Below, in pieces: positions 40,484-50,805 of a stretch of 64,000 nucleotides of DNA. Source of the DNA: Podarcis filfolensis (taxonomy: Eukaryota); NCBI GenBank assembly GCA_964270895.1, contig OZ185438.1, one strand, 5' to 3'. The notes beneath the pieces were generated by a model, which was given only the letters and a program-made list of their open reading frames with translations, made no database searches and was not told the origin of the DNA. The translations under genes were made by a program, and so were the position numbers. Within the stretch, counting starts at the first letter, position 1; the number at the start of each line of letters is the position of its first letter.

Positions 40484-40589
40484 CCCGCTGAGCTGACTGC
40501 CACACACAGCACCGCAGCACCGCCACCTGCCGCACCGCTGCCTCGCACCGTGTATCCAGGCTTCAGCTCCGGGACACAAGGAACTCAGA

Positions 40590-41957
40590 ATGGCAACCGA
40601 CAGCAGCTTCTCGCCATTCAACCCAGCATCTGGAGACTGGGAAGCGTACGCCTCCCGTTTCACCTTCCTCCTAGAAGCCAAAGGGGTCACCGATGAAGAA
40701 GACGCCAAGAAGAGGGCAATATTCTTCAGCGTCTGCGGAGAGGAGACGTTTGAAATCGCCCGGACTCTCCTTGCACCTGAAGACGTTGCTACTGTTCCAT
40801 ACAAAACAATAATGGAACAGCTGAAGGGGCACTTTTCGCCACAGCCCTCAGTGGTGGCTCGTCGAAATGCCTTCTACGCAAAGCGGCAAGCCCCTGGGGA
40901 AACCATAACTGGGTTTGTGACCTCTCTCCGCCAAGCTGCCCGGTTCTGCAACTTCTCAGAGCTGGAGAACATGCTTCGTGACTGCCTCGTCGGTGGCCTG
41001 AAGGATGAGAAGCTGCAACGACGCCTCTACGCTAAGAAGGACCTAACGTTCCAGGTCGCTCTGGAGGAGGCCCTGGCAACGGAAGCTGCCAAGAGGTCGA
41101 CGCAAGAGGCATGGCCGAGCCAGCCGTCCCAACCGAGGGTCCACCACAAAGACCTCACCGATGACTCAGGATCTGACAAGGAGGAGGTGCACCGAGTACA
41201 GCAGCGCACTCAAGCAGCCCACATACCACAGCTGCCTCGACGAGAAGGAGGGAACTGCGCAAGCTGCGGGGAAAGTCACGAGAGGAGGACCTGCCGTTTC
41301 CGCAACGCAGAGTGCAGGCAGTGCAGAAAATTGGGACACATCGCCCGGGTGTGTCGAGCTCGGCCCACCCGACGCCAGGCATCAGATGACCAATCCAAGA
41401 GCCCCAGGTCCCGGGGCCCAACACACCAAGGCAACTCGACGGAGCTCACGGACTTCCAGGTATACCAGTTGCCCCACCCCAACGTAGAGAACATTTATGT
41501 AGAGGTACAGATAGAGGGGGCCCCATGCCGCATGGAGCTTGACACGGGTTCAACTCTATCCATAATCTCGGCAAGGACCTTAAGGAAACTGTGTCCTACT
41601 GGGGGTCCCAAACTCAGGCCGGCCCCATTCACCCTCCGGGACTTCCAGAAACGTAAGGTCCCCACAATGGGGGTGGGGACCTTCAGGGTGCAATACCGAG
41701 GGCGGACGCGGCAACTGGACTTGCTTGTGGTCAAGGGCCCCTACATTAGCTTATTGGGATTGGCATGGTTTGGACCACTGGGGCTAGCCGTCACCGGGGT
41801 GAACCACACAAGCTTACAAGTGGACGTGGACGCCATATGCAAGGAATTTCCGGGGGGTTTCGATGGGAAATTGGGACAGTATACAGCCCCCCCATTGCTC
41901 TACAGCTTGACCCCACAGTACGACTTTCATTCATTCCTCCTCACCACTATGAGCTGA
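40590..41957 (+). CDS. gag: Gypsy Gag-aspartic protease ORF (455 aa), running into the deletion junction
   Basis: Gag N-terminus (FNPASGDWEAYASRF), two zinc knuckles CASCGESHERRTC and CRQCRKLGHIARVC, protease LDTGS; frameshift near 41885; stop inside the 3' LTR remnant. Confidence 0.9.
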   Translation: MATDSSFSPFNPASGDWEAYASRFTFLLEAKGVTDEEDAKKRAIFFSVCGEETFEIARTLLAPEDVATVPYKTIMEQLKGHFSPQPSVVARRNAFYAKRQAPGETITGFVTSLRQAARFCNFSELENMLRDCLVGGLKDEKLQRRLYAKKDLTFQVALEEALATEAAKRSTQEAWPSQPSQPRVHHKDLTDDSGSDKEEVHRVQQRTQAAHIPQLPRREGGNCASCGESHERRTCRFRNAECRQCRKLGHIARVCRARPTRRQASDDQSKSPRSRGPTHQGNSTELTDFQVYQLPHPNVENIYVEVQIEGAPCRMELDTGSTLSIISARTLRKLCPTGGPKLRPAPFTLRDFQKRKVPTMGVGTFRVQYRGRTRQLDLLVVKGPYISLLGLAWFGPLGLAVTGVNHTSLQVDVDAICKEFPGGFDGKLGQYTAPPLLYSLTPQYDFHSFLLTTMS

Positions 41958-42504
41958 ATAAAAAGCATGAAATCACTTTGCGACTCTGAGTATATTTCAT
42001 AGTCTATAAAAGTGTAAGTGAAAAACTGATTACAACATTTCATCTTTTGGATTCCACCTTCATTACTTCATTTCCACTTTTTATAAATAAAAGTTTAGGT
42101 ATTTGTTGTTTGTATTTCTGGATCTATGGAATTCCCTTGCTGTAAAACTCTTGTTCCTCAATGTGATCCTTTTCCACTGCCACCTAATCTCCCAGTAGCT
42201 TGGTGTGAGACTGACCCCCAAACTGGATAACAAATTAACTATGAAGATTGTTTGTTTAAAATATAGTTTGTATATAAGGAAATACTGATGCTTACTTATA
42301 TTTGCATGATGCCAGTTTCTAAAGACTGAAAAGTTTATGACACCAGACTCTAAGACTGAGCCAAATTCCCTAAACCTCCATCCTAGTCAAATTCTCCCCA
42401 AACCTTGTCCAGCTACTTAGGACAAAGTACCTTTGACTCCAAAGCTTCTCTGGTTGTATTTCTAGCTGTGTGGACAGTTTAGCTGGGACTTTATGGTGAA
42501 GGGT

Positions 42505-42507
<3 letters not shown>

Positions 42508-42548
<41 letters not shown>
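42508..42548. repeat. (TA)n microsatellite
   Basis: Direct reading. Confidence 0.97.
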
Positions 42549-42550
<2 letters not shown>

Positions 42551-43167
42551 CACATTTTTACATGGGGAAGCCTTTCAGCTGAACACAGTCATCAGCTTAT
42601 TTCTTCAGATATTAATTAGCCAAGTATAATTATCACACCAAGCAAAAATAGCTGAAAAATTGATTCAAGACAAAAATGGGCATTGTTTCTTCTTCCCTCC
42701 TTTCATCTGTTTAAATCTTATGTCAGTTGTCAGCAGAGTGATTACTGTGATAATTGATGGCATTCCTCACAAATTACGAACAGTGCTCTACCAAGGATGC
42801 AACACTTTGTTACGTTTGCTATGCTTCAAAAAAGGGGCTGAAATTCTTCGGAGCTGCTTTTTTAAATAATGTGGCTATTCTATTGTAACAGAAAGCACCT
42901 CCAGATACTAGAAAATTCCAAACATAACATTTTTGCCTATAGTTAAAACCTATTTTTAATCATTAATTTAAAGTTAAGCCTATATATAATGTATGCTCAA
43001 AACTGTTAACATACCAATGTCTAGCTATGACAGATCTATTAACATGGTTTGCATGTTATAGTAAGCCAAAACATGACTTACCAGGACTGCGCAAATGTGT
43101 TAGCTCCCAGAGAGAGGACTGTGCCCACTGCTCTCCTCCCCAATTCCTTTTAGCCCGGTGTGTCAAA

Positions 43168-43317
43168 GAATTATAGAATCATAGAATTGTAGAGTAGGGA
43201 GGGACCATGAGGGTCATCTATACCAACCCCCTGCAATGCAGGAATCTGTTGCCCAATGTGGGGCTCAAACCCATGACCCTGAGATTAAGAGTCTTGGGTT
43301 TTTCCGACTGACCTATC
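43168..43317 (-). mobile_element. SINE with tRNA-Lys(CTT)-derived head and CR1 tail
   Basis: Minus strand tcagtcgg...agactcttaatctcagggtcatgggtttgagccccacattgggc resembles tRNA-Lys(CTT); followed by gattcctgcattgcagggggttgg...ctacaattctatgattcta. Confidence 0.88.
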
Positions 43318-44400
43318 CACAGTAATGGCAGTAAGACAAGGTTAAATTTCCCTTTTCAGGTGTAGGTTGATCAGCTGACCAGTGCTGACAGTGAACCCCC
43401 TTTAAGTAGTCACTGGATGTTATAGTGACATGGGTGACCCCAACATCAAAAAAAGGCTTGTAGAGTGTGGGTCAGTTCTGGATCTGAAAAAGGTTCCTCA
43501 CTTGCACTTGGAACTGGCTTTTATATATGCAGATGGTATTTTGTAGCACTTTCACATTTCTGAAAAGAAATGTGAATCTCTTCTCTTTTGTACTGCAGGT
43601 GTTTGCTGGCTAAACTAACAAGTTGCTATGTTTACCAGACCTCGGTTTTTGTGTGGCATTTCTGAGTCCGGCATACAAACATTGCCTTAAGGAAAGGCCT
43701 TTAATATTAAATACTGGAGTCTATTCTAAACACAGCTTCTGGGCTTTGACGTTTGAGTAGCTCCTTCCTTTGATATGGTGTCTTCCTTGGAGAAATTCTT
43801 TTACGAACAAAGAAAACCACTCCATATATTCATTGATGATCTTTCGAGTTTGGGGCTATGTAATATTCCCCCCTCCCCACAAAATACCACCACCACCACA
43901 TAAGAGCTCTCTGTGTGGCACCAATTTTGTCAGTGGCATAATTTAAATAAACAAAAATTAACTGATAACATAAAAAGAGAACACTCTGGTGCTTCAGCAA
44001 ATAGTGCCAAGCTTCAATTTACTCATGCCTTTGGTTTCCCATACAATAACTGCAGTAATTACTTAATAACTGGAACGTGTGGAACAGCCAACACAGATTA
44101 ATATATTTTGTTGACCAGCTTAACAAACTTAAACAAGCTGTAAAGTGCTAAGGACTAACATAGCTTCTGGATATAAAATCTGCCATAACACAATATATGA
44201 CTGGAGACAAACTGCTTTGGATTTTGAGGTCACAAATTCTGTAGGCCAGCCGAAGACAATCTCAGGATGATCCTCCTTTTGCAATCATTACCTCTGTCGC
44301 ACCTTCCTCCATTCACATCCATCCTGCACTCTGCTCCCAAAATTATTAGCATCTCTGGTTGCTCTTCCCCAACCACAAATTCTGTATAAAAATTCATATA

Positions 44401-45010
44401 TGTCAAGGGGCTGTCAGGAAGGCCAGTTCATGCACAGGTCAGGAAGAGGACTCAAGACTCGAAGTGCAATTAACTTTTATTCACAAAAATAGCAACACAA
44501 CAGAGTACATCTAGGCTATTCTGTCCCAGCTGAAGATGTTGCTGGGACTGGCATCTAGTCCTCCTTCCCTCTCTAGTCCTCTCCTTCTGGACACCTCTCA
44601 AGCAGCCATAAACTCCAGGGAGAGGGACGGATCCCCCTCTGGGCTTGTCTGGCCAGTTGCTCAGCAACATGCAAGGCTCTTCGTGATCTAGGTGTCAATG
44701 GAGGAGGAGAGTAAGCTGTAGAGGGATTGTCCAGTTGCTGTGAAACTGAGGCAGCCTCTGACTCTATGTCAGAGTCTGCACTCACATAGAGACCCTCAGC
44801 ACCCAGCTCTGTCCTCGAACGGCTCTTTATTTCTGACCGCCCATGTTCACTCTAACCTTTTGCTTCTATCATCTCCCATCTTGTCCAATCTATACTCGGG
44901 TCCTCAGTGCCCCACCACCATTGTCCTGGGTCTTCTTTCCCTGTGTCATCCCTGGGGGGCTCTTGGGCTAGTGTCACCCAGCACTCTTCATCATCCAGCC
45001 AGTCCCTGAC
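44401..45010 (-). mobile_element. Solo LTR (~610 bp)
   Basis: TGTCA...TGACA termini, TSD atata/atgta (4 of 5), AATAAA on the minus strand near 44475-44480. Confidence 0.65.
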
Positions 45011-45317
45011 AATGTACTAGGAGAAAGTAAATACAAAAATGCATTAATCAATGAAAATAATGTACTAAAGGCAATAAAATTATGGTAAACTGCTTGCAAA
45101 AATGAACATGTGTGTGGATTTTCATGAGGAGTAAAAAAAAATCTCAAACCCCAGTGGAAAAAGGAAAAGCAGTGGAAGCTTGTCCTTTCTCAATGGAGAC
45201 ACTGGAAGACAGTTAGGACATAATTATGGAGACCTAAGCCATAAAAGTAGGAAGGAATGATAAGCTGCATCAAAGATGTCATGACTGAATAGAGGCCCAT
45301 AGATTTGGCAAATATTT

Positions 45318-46002
45318 GTGTGTTGAGACCTTTAAACAACTTTATTGATTTACAGCAAATGAATGGTTGCATAGGCTCTGGTTCGACTAGCTCCCTGCAC
45401 TGTTGGAGGGAGCACTGACCCAGGGCACCAGCATAGGTCAGCCTAGGGTGAACACCTGGATAAGCGGAAAGCCGGGAACAAGCTATCTCCGCCACTGAAA
45501 TGTCCCCCTGGACTCAGGCACGGGCACAACCCCCTCTCAGGGGTTGACCAAACCATTGAGTCCCTGGATTCCTTTAATGGAATACCCTTCACATAGGGAT
45601 GGCGAGAGCGTTCTCCCATCCCTATCACCTGAACCAGAGCCTATCCACAACCTTACAAGTTGTGACGATTTGCTACGTGGCAGGCAAAACCCAAATGGCA
45701 GCAGCCAATCAGCCAAGGGGGGAAAATTCCTGCCGTGTCCCTGTCCCAACAACAGATGACACAAGACAGCATAGCAAGGTCAAGCGCAAAGCCCTAAAAG
45801 TAGGGAGAGGTGGGCAAGTGTTCTGAATGCACACACCAAAAGAGGAAGCTCTGGGTCACGTGCATGGGTATATATAGGTCCCTTGATCCGTTTAGCCTGC
45901 GTCCCATTGGCCTGATTGAACCCTGCATCAAGGGACCTACCAATTGGGTGTTAGGTTGCCAGGTCCCACCGCAACACGTGCCCTCTTTAAAGGAGGACCC
46001 GA
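45318..46002 (-). mobile_element. Non-coding 'A-B' relic of the Ngaro-type YR element (685 bp)
   Basis: 45340-45640 is the reverse complement of 49350-49660. The 5' part has CCAAT motifs and TATATATA (45869-45876). Ends GTGTGTT / GGACCCGA, both flanked by ttt. Confidence 0.8.
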
Positions 46003-47617
46003 TTTGCAGACATCTGAGTGTAGGCAAAGAGGCACTCCTACAATACGGTGGAAATACTACATCATACGTGATTCCCAGTGATAAAAGAGAGAGGAGAGAG
46101 AGATCCTGCACCCTAAATTGCCTTTAGCCAACTCTAATCTTTCACTGCCTCTGTCTAATCCAAATTGCAAACTACTGTTTCTTCACATATGGAAGCACCC
46201 CTCCCACAGATCAGACTCGCCCCTTAAAATGGAGCGTGTTTTACCATCTCCAAGCTCTTATGGCTACCACCTTCAAATATTAACAATATCTTCAATTATC
46301 TAGAAATAATCTCCTGACAATAAGCTTCCACAAAGACATTAGCCAATCGTTATGGGCTGTTATGTGCCTTTCACGGGAATCCTTTGCCAGCAGCTATAAC
46401 ACTGTACTTATGTGGGAAACATTATTACATGATGTTCAAAAGATATATGAACCTAGAACAACATGCCATGCTCTTTGATCTCATCTTCCCCTGCACATTA
46501 ATAAAAATGTATTATCTCTGCCTGCCCCCCCTGCCCCCGGCCTCCTTGTCTTCTGTTTCCAGAATTTGCTTCATCTTTCTTCCCTGGGTGAGGCAAGTAC
46601 ACTCACGTTAGAGGAGAAAAAGCCATATACCCAAAATACCATGGATCCAACAGTTCAGCTGACAATTCCATGGGAAATAAAGAGAAATATATGGGAAAGA
46701 GAATCAAAGGTTGCTAAGAAAATTGTTTGAACAGCAAGAAAACTTAGGAAAAATAGCTCAATTTATGACTGCTAGCATGAGTGAACCATAGTGTGATAAA
46801 TCCAGGTATCTACATGCCGTCTTTCCCTCACCATTTATTCCTCTGATTTTTGCCACCATCTTGAGGGAATCAAGAGTCCCCCCCCACACACACTTTGGCT
46901 CTCCGAGTTCAGAGAGCAAGGCTGGCTGGGGGAGGCAGTGTAGTGTTGTGCAGGCTTGCCGAAGCCAGGCCGGGCCAAGCAGGCAAGCAAGTGCCTTGGC
47001 TGCCCAGCTGAGGGGCCTCCAGGTGCCAAGCTGGCATTTGTTCACCCCCCACCAAGGGAGGAGAGGAGAAGCAGAAGGAGAGTCTTCCTGCCGGTGCTGC
47101 CTCCTAGCATATGCCTCCCGAGGCACTTGCTTCACCCAGCCTAGTGGCAGGACCAGCCCTACACGGCCTAGTGGGCTGAGCTAGTCTAGTTTACTATTGA
47201 AAAAATGCCTTTTAAGTTGTTTAACATCATAGCTAACAGCCATGCAGGTTACATTCTTGGTGTGTAAACTGCATTTGAGAGCTGAATGACTGTAACTTGA
47301 TTTCAGAAAGAGAAAATGACAATAAATCACATAAATCAAAGCTTGATTGATATTAGTATGCAGCACAGTGTTTCAGCAGTACATCAACTTCATGCAGCCC
47401 ATTTTCAAACATATTTATTGTAAGTATTCTTTCTTCCTGTGGAAGGGAGTGGTCCCTCTGTTTCTCAAAGGAAATATGAACCTTTTGATCTGGGAAAACA
47501 TCTTGTTCACTATGGTCCCATCTGCATCTAAAACAGCACCATACCACTTATAAATAGTCATGGTTTCCCACAAAGAATTCTGGCAATGGTGGTTTGTTAT
47601 GAGTGCTAAAAGTAGTT

Positions 47618-47980
47618 AAAAAGGTAAAGGTACCCCTGCCCGTACGGGCCAGTCGTGACCGACTCTAGGGTTGTGCGCTCATCTCACTCAAGAGGCTGGG
47701 AGCCGGCGCCGTCCGCAGACACTTCCGGGTCACGTGGCCAGCGTGACGAAGCTGCACTGGTGAGCCAGCACCAGTGCCGCACACGGAAACGCCGTTTACC
47801 TTCCCGCTATAAAGCAGTACCTATTTATCTACTTGCACTTAAGGGTGCTTTCGAACTGCTAGGTGGGCAGGAGCTGGGACCGAACGACGGGAGCTCACCC
47901 CGCCGCGGGGATTCGAACCGGTGACCTTACGATCAGCAAGTCCTAGGCACTGAGGTTTTACCCACAGTGCCACCCGCGTC
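47618..47980 (-). mobile_element. Sauria (POM-type) SINE, full length, young
   Basis: CpG-rich intact copy; 12-bp TSD ctaaaagtagtt (47606-47617 / 47981-47992). Confidence 0.95.
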
Positions 47981-48025
47981 CTAAAAGTAGTTGGGAGACC
48001 TCTATTCCCCTCTAGACCTCTAGCT

Positions 48026-48715
48026 GTGATTCCTAGAGTGGTTTCACAATCAATTCATCTTTATTCTAGAGACCCTTGTGCAAAGTTTGTAGTGCACAAG
48101 GCTCTCAAGGGTTGGGCCAGGTTGCAGCCACTGAAGTCGCCGGTCACATTTGACATTTTATTCTTGATGCACAGCAAGTTAAGACTTGTCTGCTGGTCCA
48201 TTTATGAGGTGAGACTCTTTTCAGCAGCTTTTTCAATAGCATTTTTTGTTGCACTGCGTGTTGCCGAAGTGGTGCTGGAGTCAGCACAGGGAAGGGCCCC
48301 CAGGGGCTTGCTTTTGCAGGATGTTCAGCTTTCTGACACTGAGCTGGTTCTCACTATTCGAAATCCTAAAACAGACCAGTTGGGCAGAGGTGCCTTGATG
48401 CAGCTGCCTGCCACTGGTAAGCCCGGCCCTTGTCCAGTCAAAGATGCCAAGAGATATTTGTCACTTCGTCCACCTGGGGATGGTCCTTTCCTGGTTCACG
48501 AGGATGGGTCCCTGTTAAAGAGGCATCAATTTGCTGCAGTAATGCATAAGGTGCTTTCAGTGTGTGGCCTGCTGGCCAGTGATTTTGCACCTCATTCTTT
48601 CCGTATTGGGGCAGCCACTACTGCCGCGCCCTGGGGCCTGTCCATTGACAGGATCAAGGATCTGGGCTGCTGGAAGTCTGACGCATACAGGGGTTTTGTT
48701 AGGATGCGGCGCTGA
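48026..48715 (+). CDS. Tyrosine recombinase (DIRS/Ngaro type), N-terminally truncated
   Basis: AFFVALRVAE (R), RNPKTDQ (K), HSFRIGAAT (HxxR), LGCW, SDAY (Y). The first ~11 codons probably lie outside the element. Confidence 0.9.
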   Translation: MIPRVVSQSIHLYSRDPCAKFVVHKALKGWARLQPLKSPVTFDILFLMHSKLRLVCWSIYEVRLFSAAFSIAFFVALRVAEVVLESAQGRAPRGLLLQDVQLSDTELVLTIRNPKTDQLGRGALMQLPATGKPGPCPVKDAKRYLSLRPPGDGPFLVHEDGSLLKRHQFAAVMHKVLSVCGLLASDFAPHSFRIGAATTAAPWGLSIDRIKDLGCWKSDAYRGFVRMRR

Positions 48716-49739
48716 GGTGTAGTTATTAATGTTGTTCTGTTCATTCCTAGGTCCGTCTGCCCTTTACATCTGGATAGTTGGGCACAGCATTGTCCACTGG
48801 GCCGGCAGGAGGGCAGCAGAGTCTGGATTCAGATGCAGGCTCAGACTCCCCAACCACGTGAGCGTCTCCTGGGTATCCAGATGAGGAATGGGTCGGGAGG
48901 AGTTTCTCCTGACGGTGCGGGCGAAGGTGTCTGCGGCAGGCATGCCTGCGGCGATGGTGGTGCAGCTGGGCGAGAACAATTTGCCGAAAGCACCCAGATT
49001 GAGCCTGTGGACCCGCATGCAGGAGGACTTGGAAAAGTTGAAAGCAGCTCTTCCTGGACTCAAAATTTTTTGGTCGCAGCGACATGGGTGGCGAGGTAGG
49101 CAATGCCCAGCTGCCACCGAGAGGGCCAGGAAGCGTGCCCAGAGCACTGTGGCCAAGAAGGTTCTGGCCTTGGGCAGGATGGTGATCTGTCACCTGGGCA
49201 TTACCTTCTGTGATTCGTCCCTTTACAGGCTTGATGGGGTTCATCTGTCTGTGACTGGGAATGATTTGTGGCTGGCCTCAGTGTCAGCGGGGTTAAGGAA
49301 TTGGTTACAGGTGTGAGTGGTTGGCGGCCAGCGTGGGGCTCGTGTGGCGGATAGGCACTGTTCATGTGATAGGGATGGAAGAGTGGTCTCACCATCCCTA
49401 TGTGAAGGGTATTCCGTTAAAGGAATCCAGGGACTCAACTGGTTTGGTCAACCCCTGAGAGGGGGTTGTGCCCATGCCTGAGTCCAGGGGAGCATCTGGA
49501 CTCATAGTCTGTTCCTGGCTTTTCGCCTACCTCAGGTGTTCACCCTTGCTGACTTATGCTGCTGCCCTGCGTCAGCGCTGCCTGCAAGGGTGCAGGGAGC
49601 TACTCGAACCAGAGCATATGCAACCACTCACTTTTCTGTAATCAATAAAGGTGTGGCCTAAATTCTGCCAAAAGCCAAAACTAAAATTTGAGTCAAATGT
49701 GTCTTTATTTAGGAGGGAGGTCTCTGGGTCTGAACACGC
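48060..49739 (+). mobile_element. 5'-truncated Ngaro-type tyrosine-recombinase retrotransposon
   Basis: YR ORF, then SGNH ORF, then a ~420-bp terminal repeat with AATAAA (49644-49649) ending GAACACGC; gag and RT absent; left end approximate. Confidence 0.85.
48729..49316 (+). pseudogene. SGNH/GDSL hydrolase-like ORF with one in-frame stop
   Basis: In one frame: IWIVGHS (block I), RGM (block II), QLGENN (block III), DGVHLS (block V); TGA at 48882-48884, plausibly CGA>TGA. Confidence 0.8.
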
Positions 49740-50417
49740 AAATAAGAGAACAAAGAAGAGAGAATAATGTTAACTGTATCCAAAGGATACAAAGCCAAGT
49801 TTCAGTAAAAGCAAACATTCATGTTTTCCCCAAATCACTAGAAAATAAGTAACACCCCCCCACACACAATTAAAGTTGAGGTGGGGAGGGAAAATCAGTT
49901 CAAGCTATTGGTTATCATGTGAAAGATCATATTCTATTCAGCATTGCAGAATTACAGTAATTCAGATTTTGGAACTGTTATCTAGTTCAATTGTTTCCAT
50001 TATTTTATGCATGCCATTTTATTTTCTTCACACTGTAGTGTATCTGGAATGTTAATTTCATTAAAATGTAGAGTTAATTATTACTAATCCACAGTTTGCT
50101 TCCGGAGTCCGCCGTTATCTGTGGATAAGTTAATAGCTGCCACTACACATGATCTGATGTGAACTGAAGTGATGTAAAGCATATTTAAGGGGTGGGCTGT
50201 GTGTGAACAAATTTGATCAGAAATAGATGGCTGTCATATTCACTATCTGAAAATGTATTTCATATCACATTTTCCATCTCCACCAGAAAGCTATACATCT
50301 GAGATAATGAAAGCTCATGGTGTCTCACATTAGACTAAATGAAACAAAACACATGTTAAAGTGGAGCATACTCAAAACACTGTTCTTCCTTACAGGTAAA
50401 CAAAGAGTCTAACTCAC

Positions 50418-50549
50418 CTTGCTCCGTCAGGCGTGGAAATTCAAGGGGATCCTTTCCTACCCAGCTCCAGTGGAGGCTGGTGGAAATTAGTCCTGCTGAG
50501 GCCCCCAGGAGGCCACATGGGAAGAGCCTAGGAGGTCCCCATCCTTCTC
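50418..50549 (-). other. Candidate exon (132 nt, symmetric phase 1)
   Basis: Acceptor ctgtttatttttctaag, donor AAG|gtgagt; only one frame open: EGWGPPRLFPCGLLGASAGLISTSLHWSWVGKDPLEFPRLTEQ. Confidence 0.4.
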
Positions 50550-50774
50550 CTTAGAAAAATAAACAGTGGACACTTGTCAAAAACTACCCAGTGTCAAAGT
50601 GGACAGTTGTCAAAAGCTACCCAGCATCTAAAGTATCTTACATTGGTTCAGAAAGGGCCTCTGCCACTGCAGTTGCTTCTCTGTGGGAGAAATTTGTCTG
50701 CCCCCACCTGTTCATCCCCTATTCTCTGCCTTGTGGCTCAAAAATGAAATAAAAACGAATCTCCCCCCCCCCCC

Positions 50775-50777
<3 letters not shown>

Positions 50778-50805
<28 letters not shown>
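50778..50805. repeat. (CA)n microsatellite
   Basis: Direct reading. Confidence 0.9.

Larger units (their letters stand above)
40095..41999 (+). mobile_element. Gypsy (Mag-like) LTR retrotransposon, internally deleted
   Basis: TG...CA termini, 5-bp TSD tagtc (40090-40094 / 42000-42004), 5' LTR 40095-40464, PBS, gag-protease ORF; only about the last 75 bp of the 3' LTR remain. Confidence 0.95.

Noticed and set aside
43250-43317. Functional tRNA-Lys gene (likewise Asn at ~62715 and Ile at ~20315)
   Set aside because: Damaged A/B boxes and stems, fused to a CR1 tail, no oligo-T terminator; these are SINE heads.
48747-49244. Antisense ORFs over the SGNH region
   Set aside because: Shadow ORFs of GC-rich coding sequence with no motifs.
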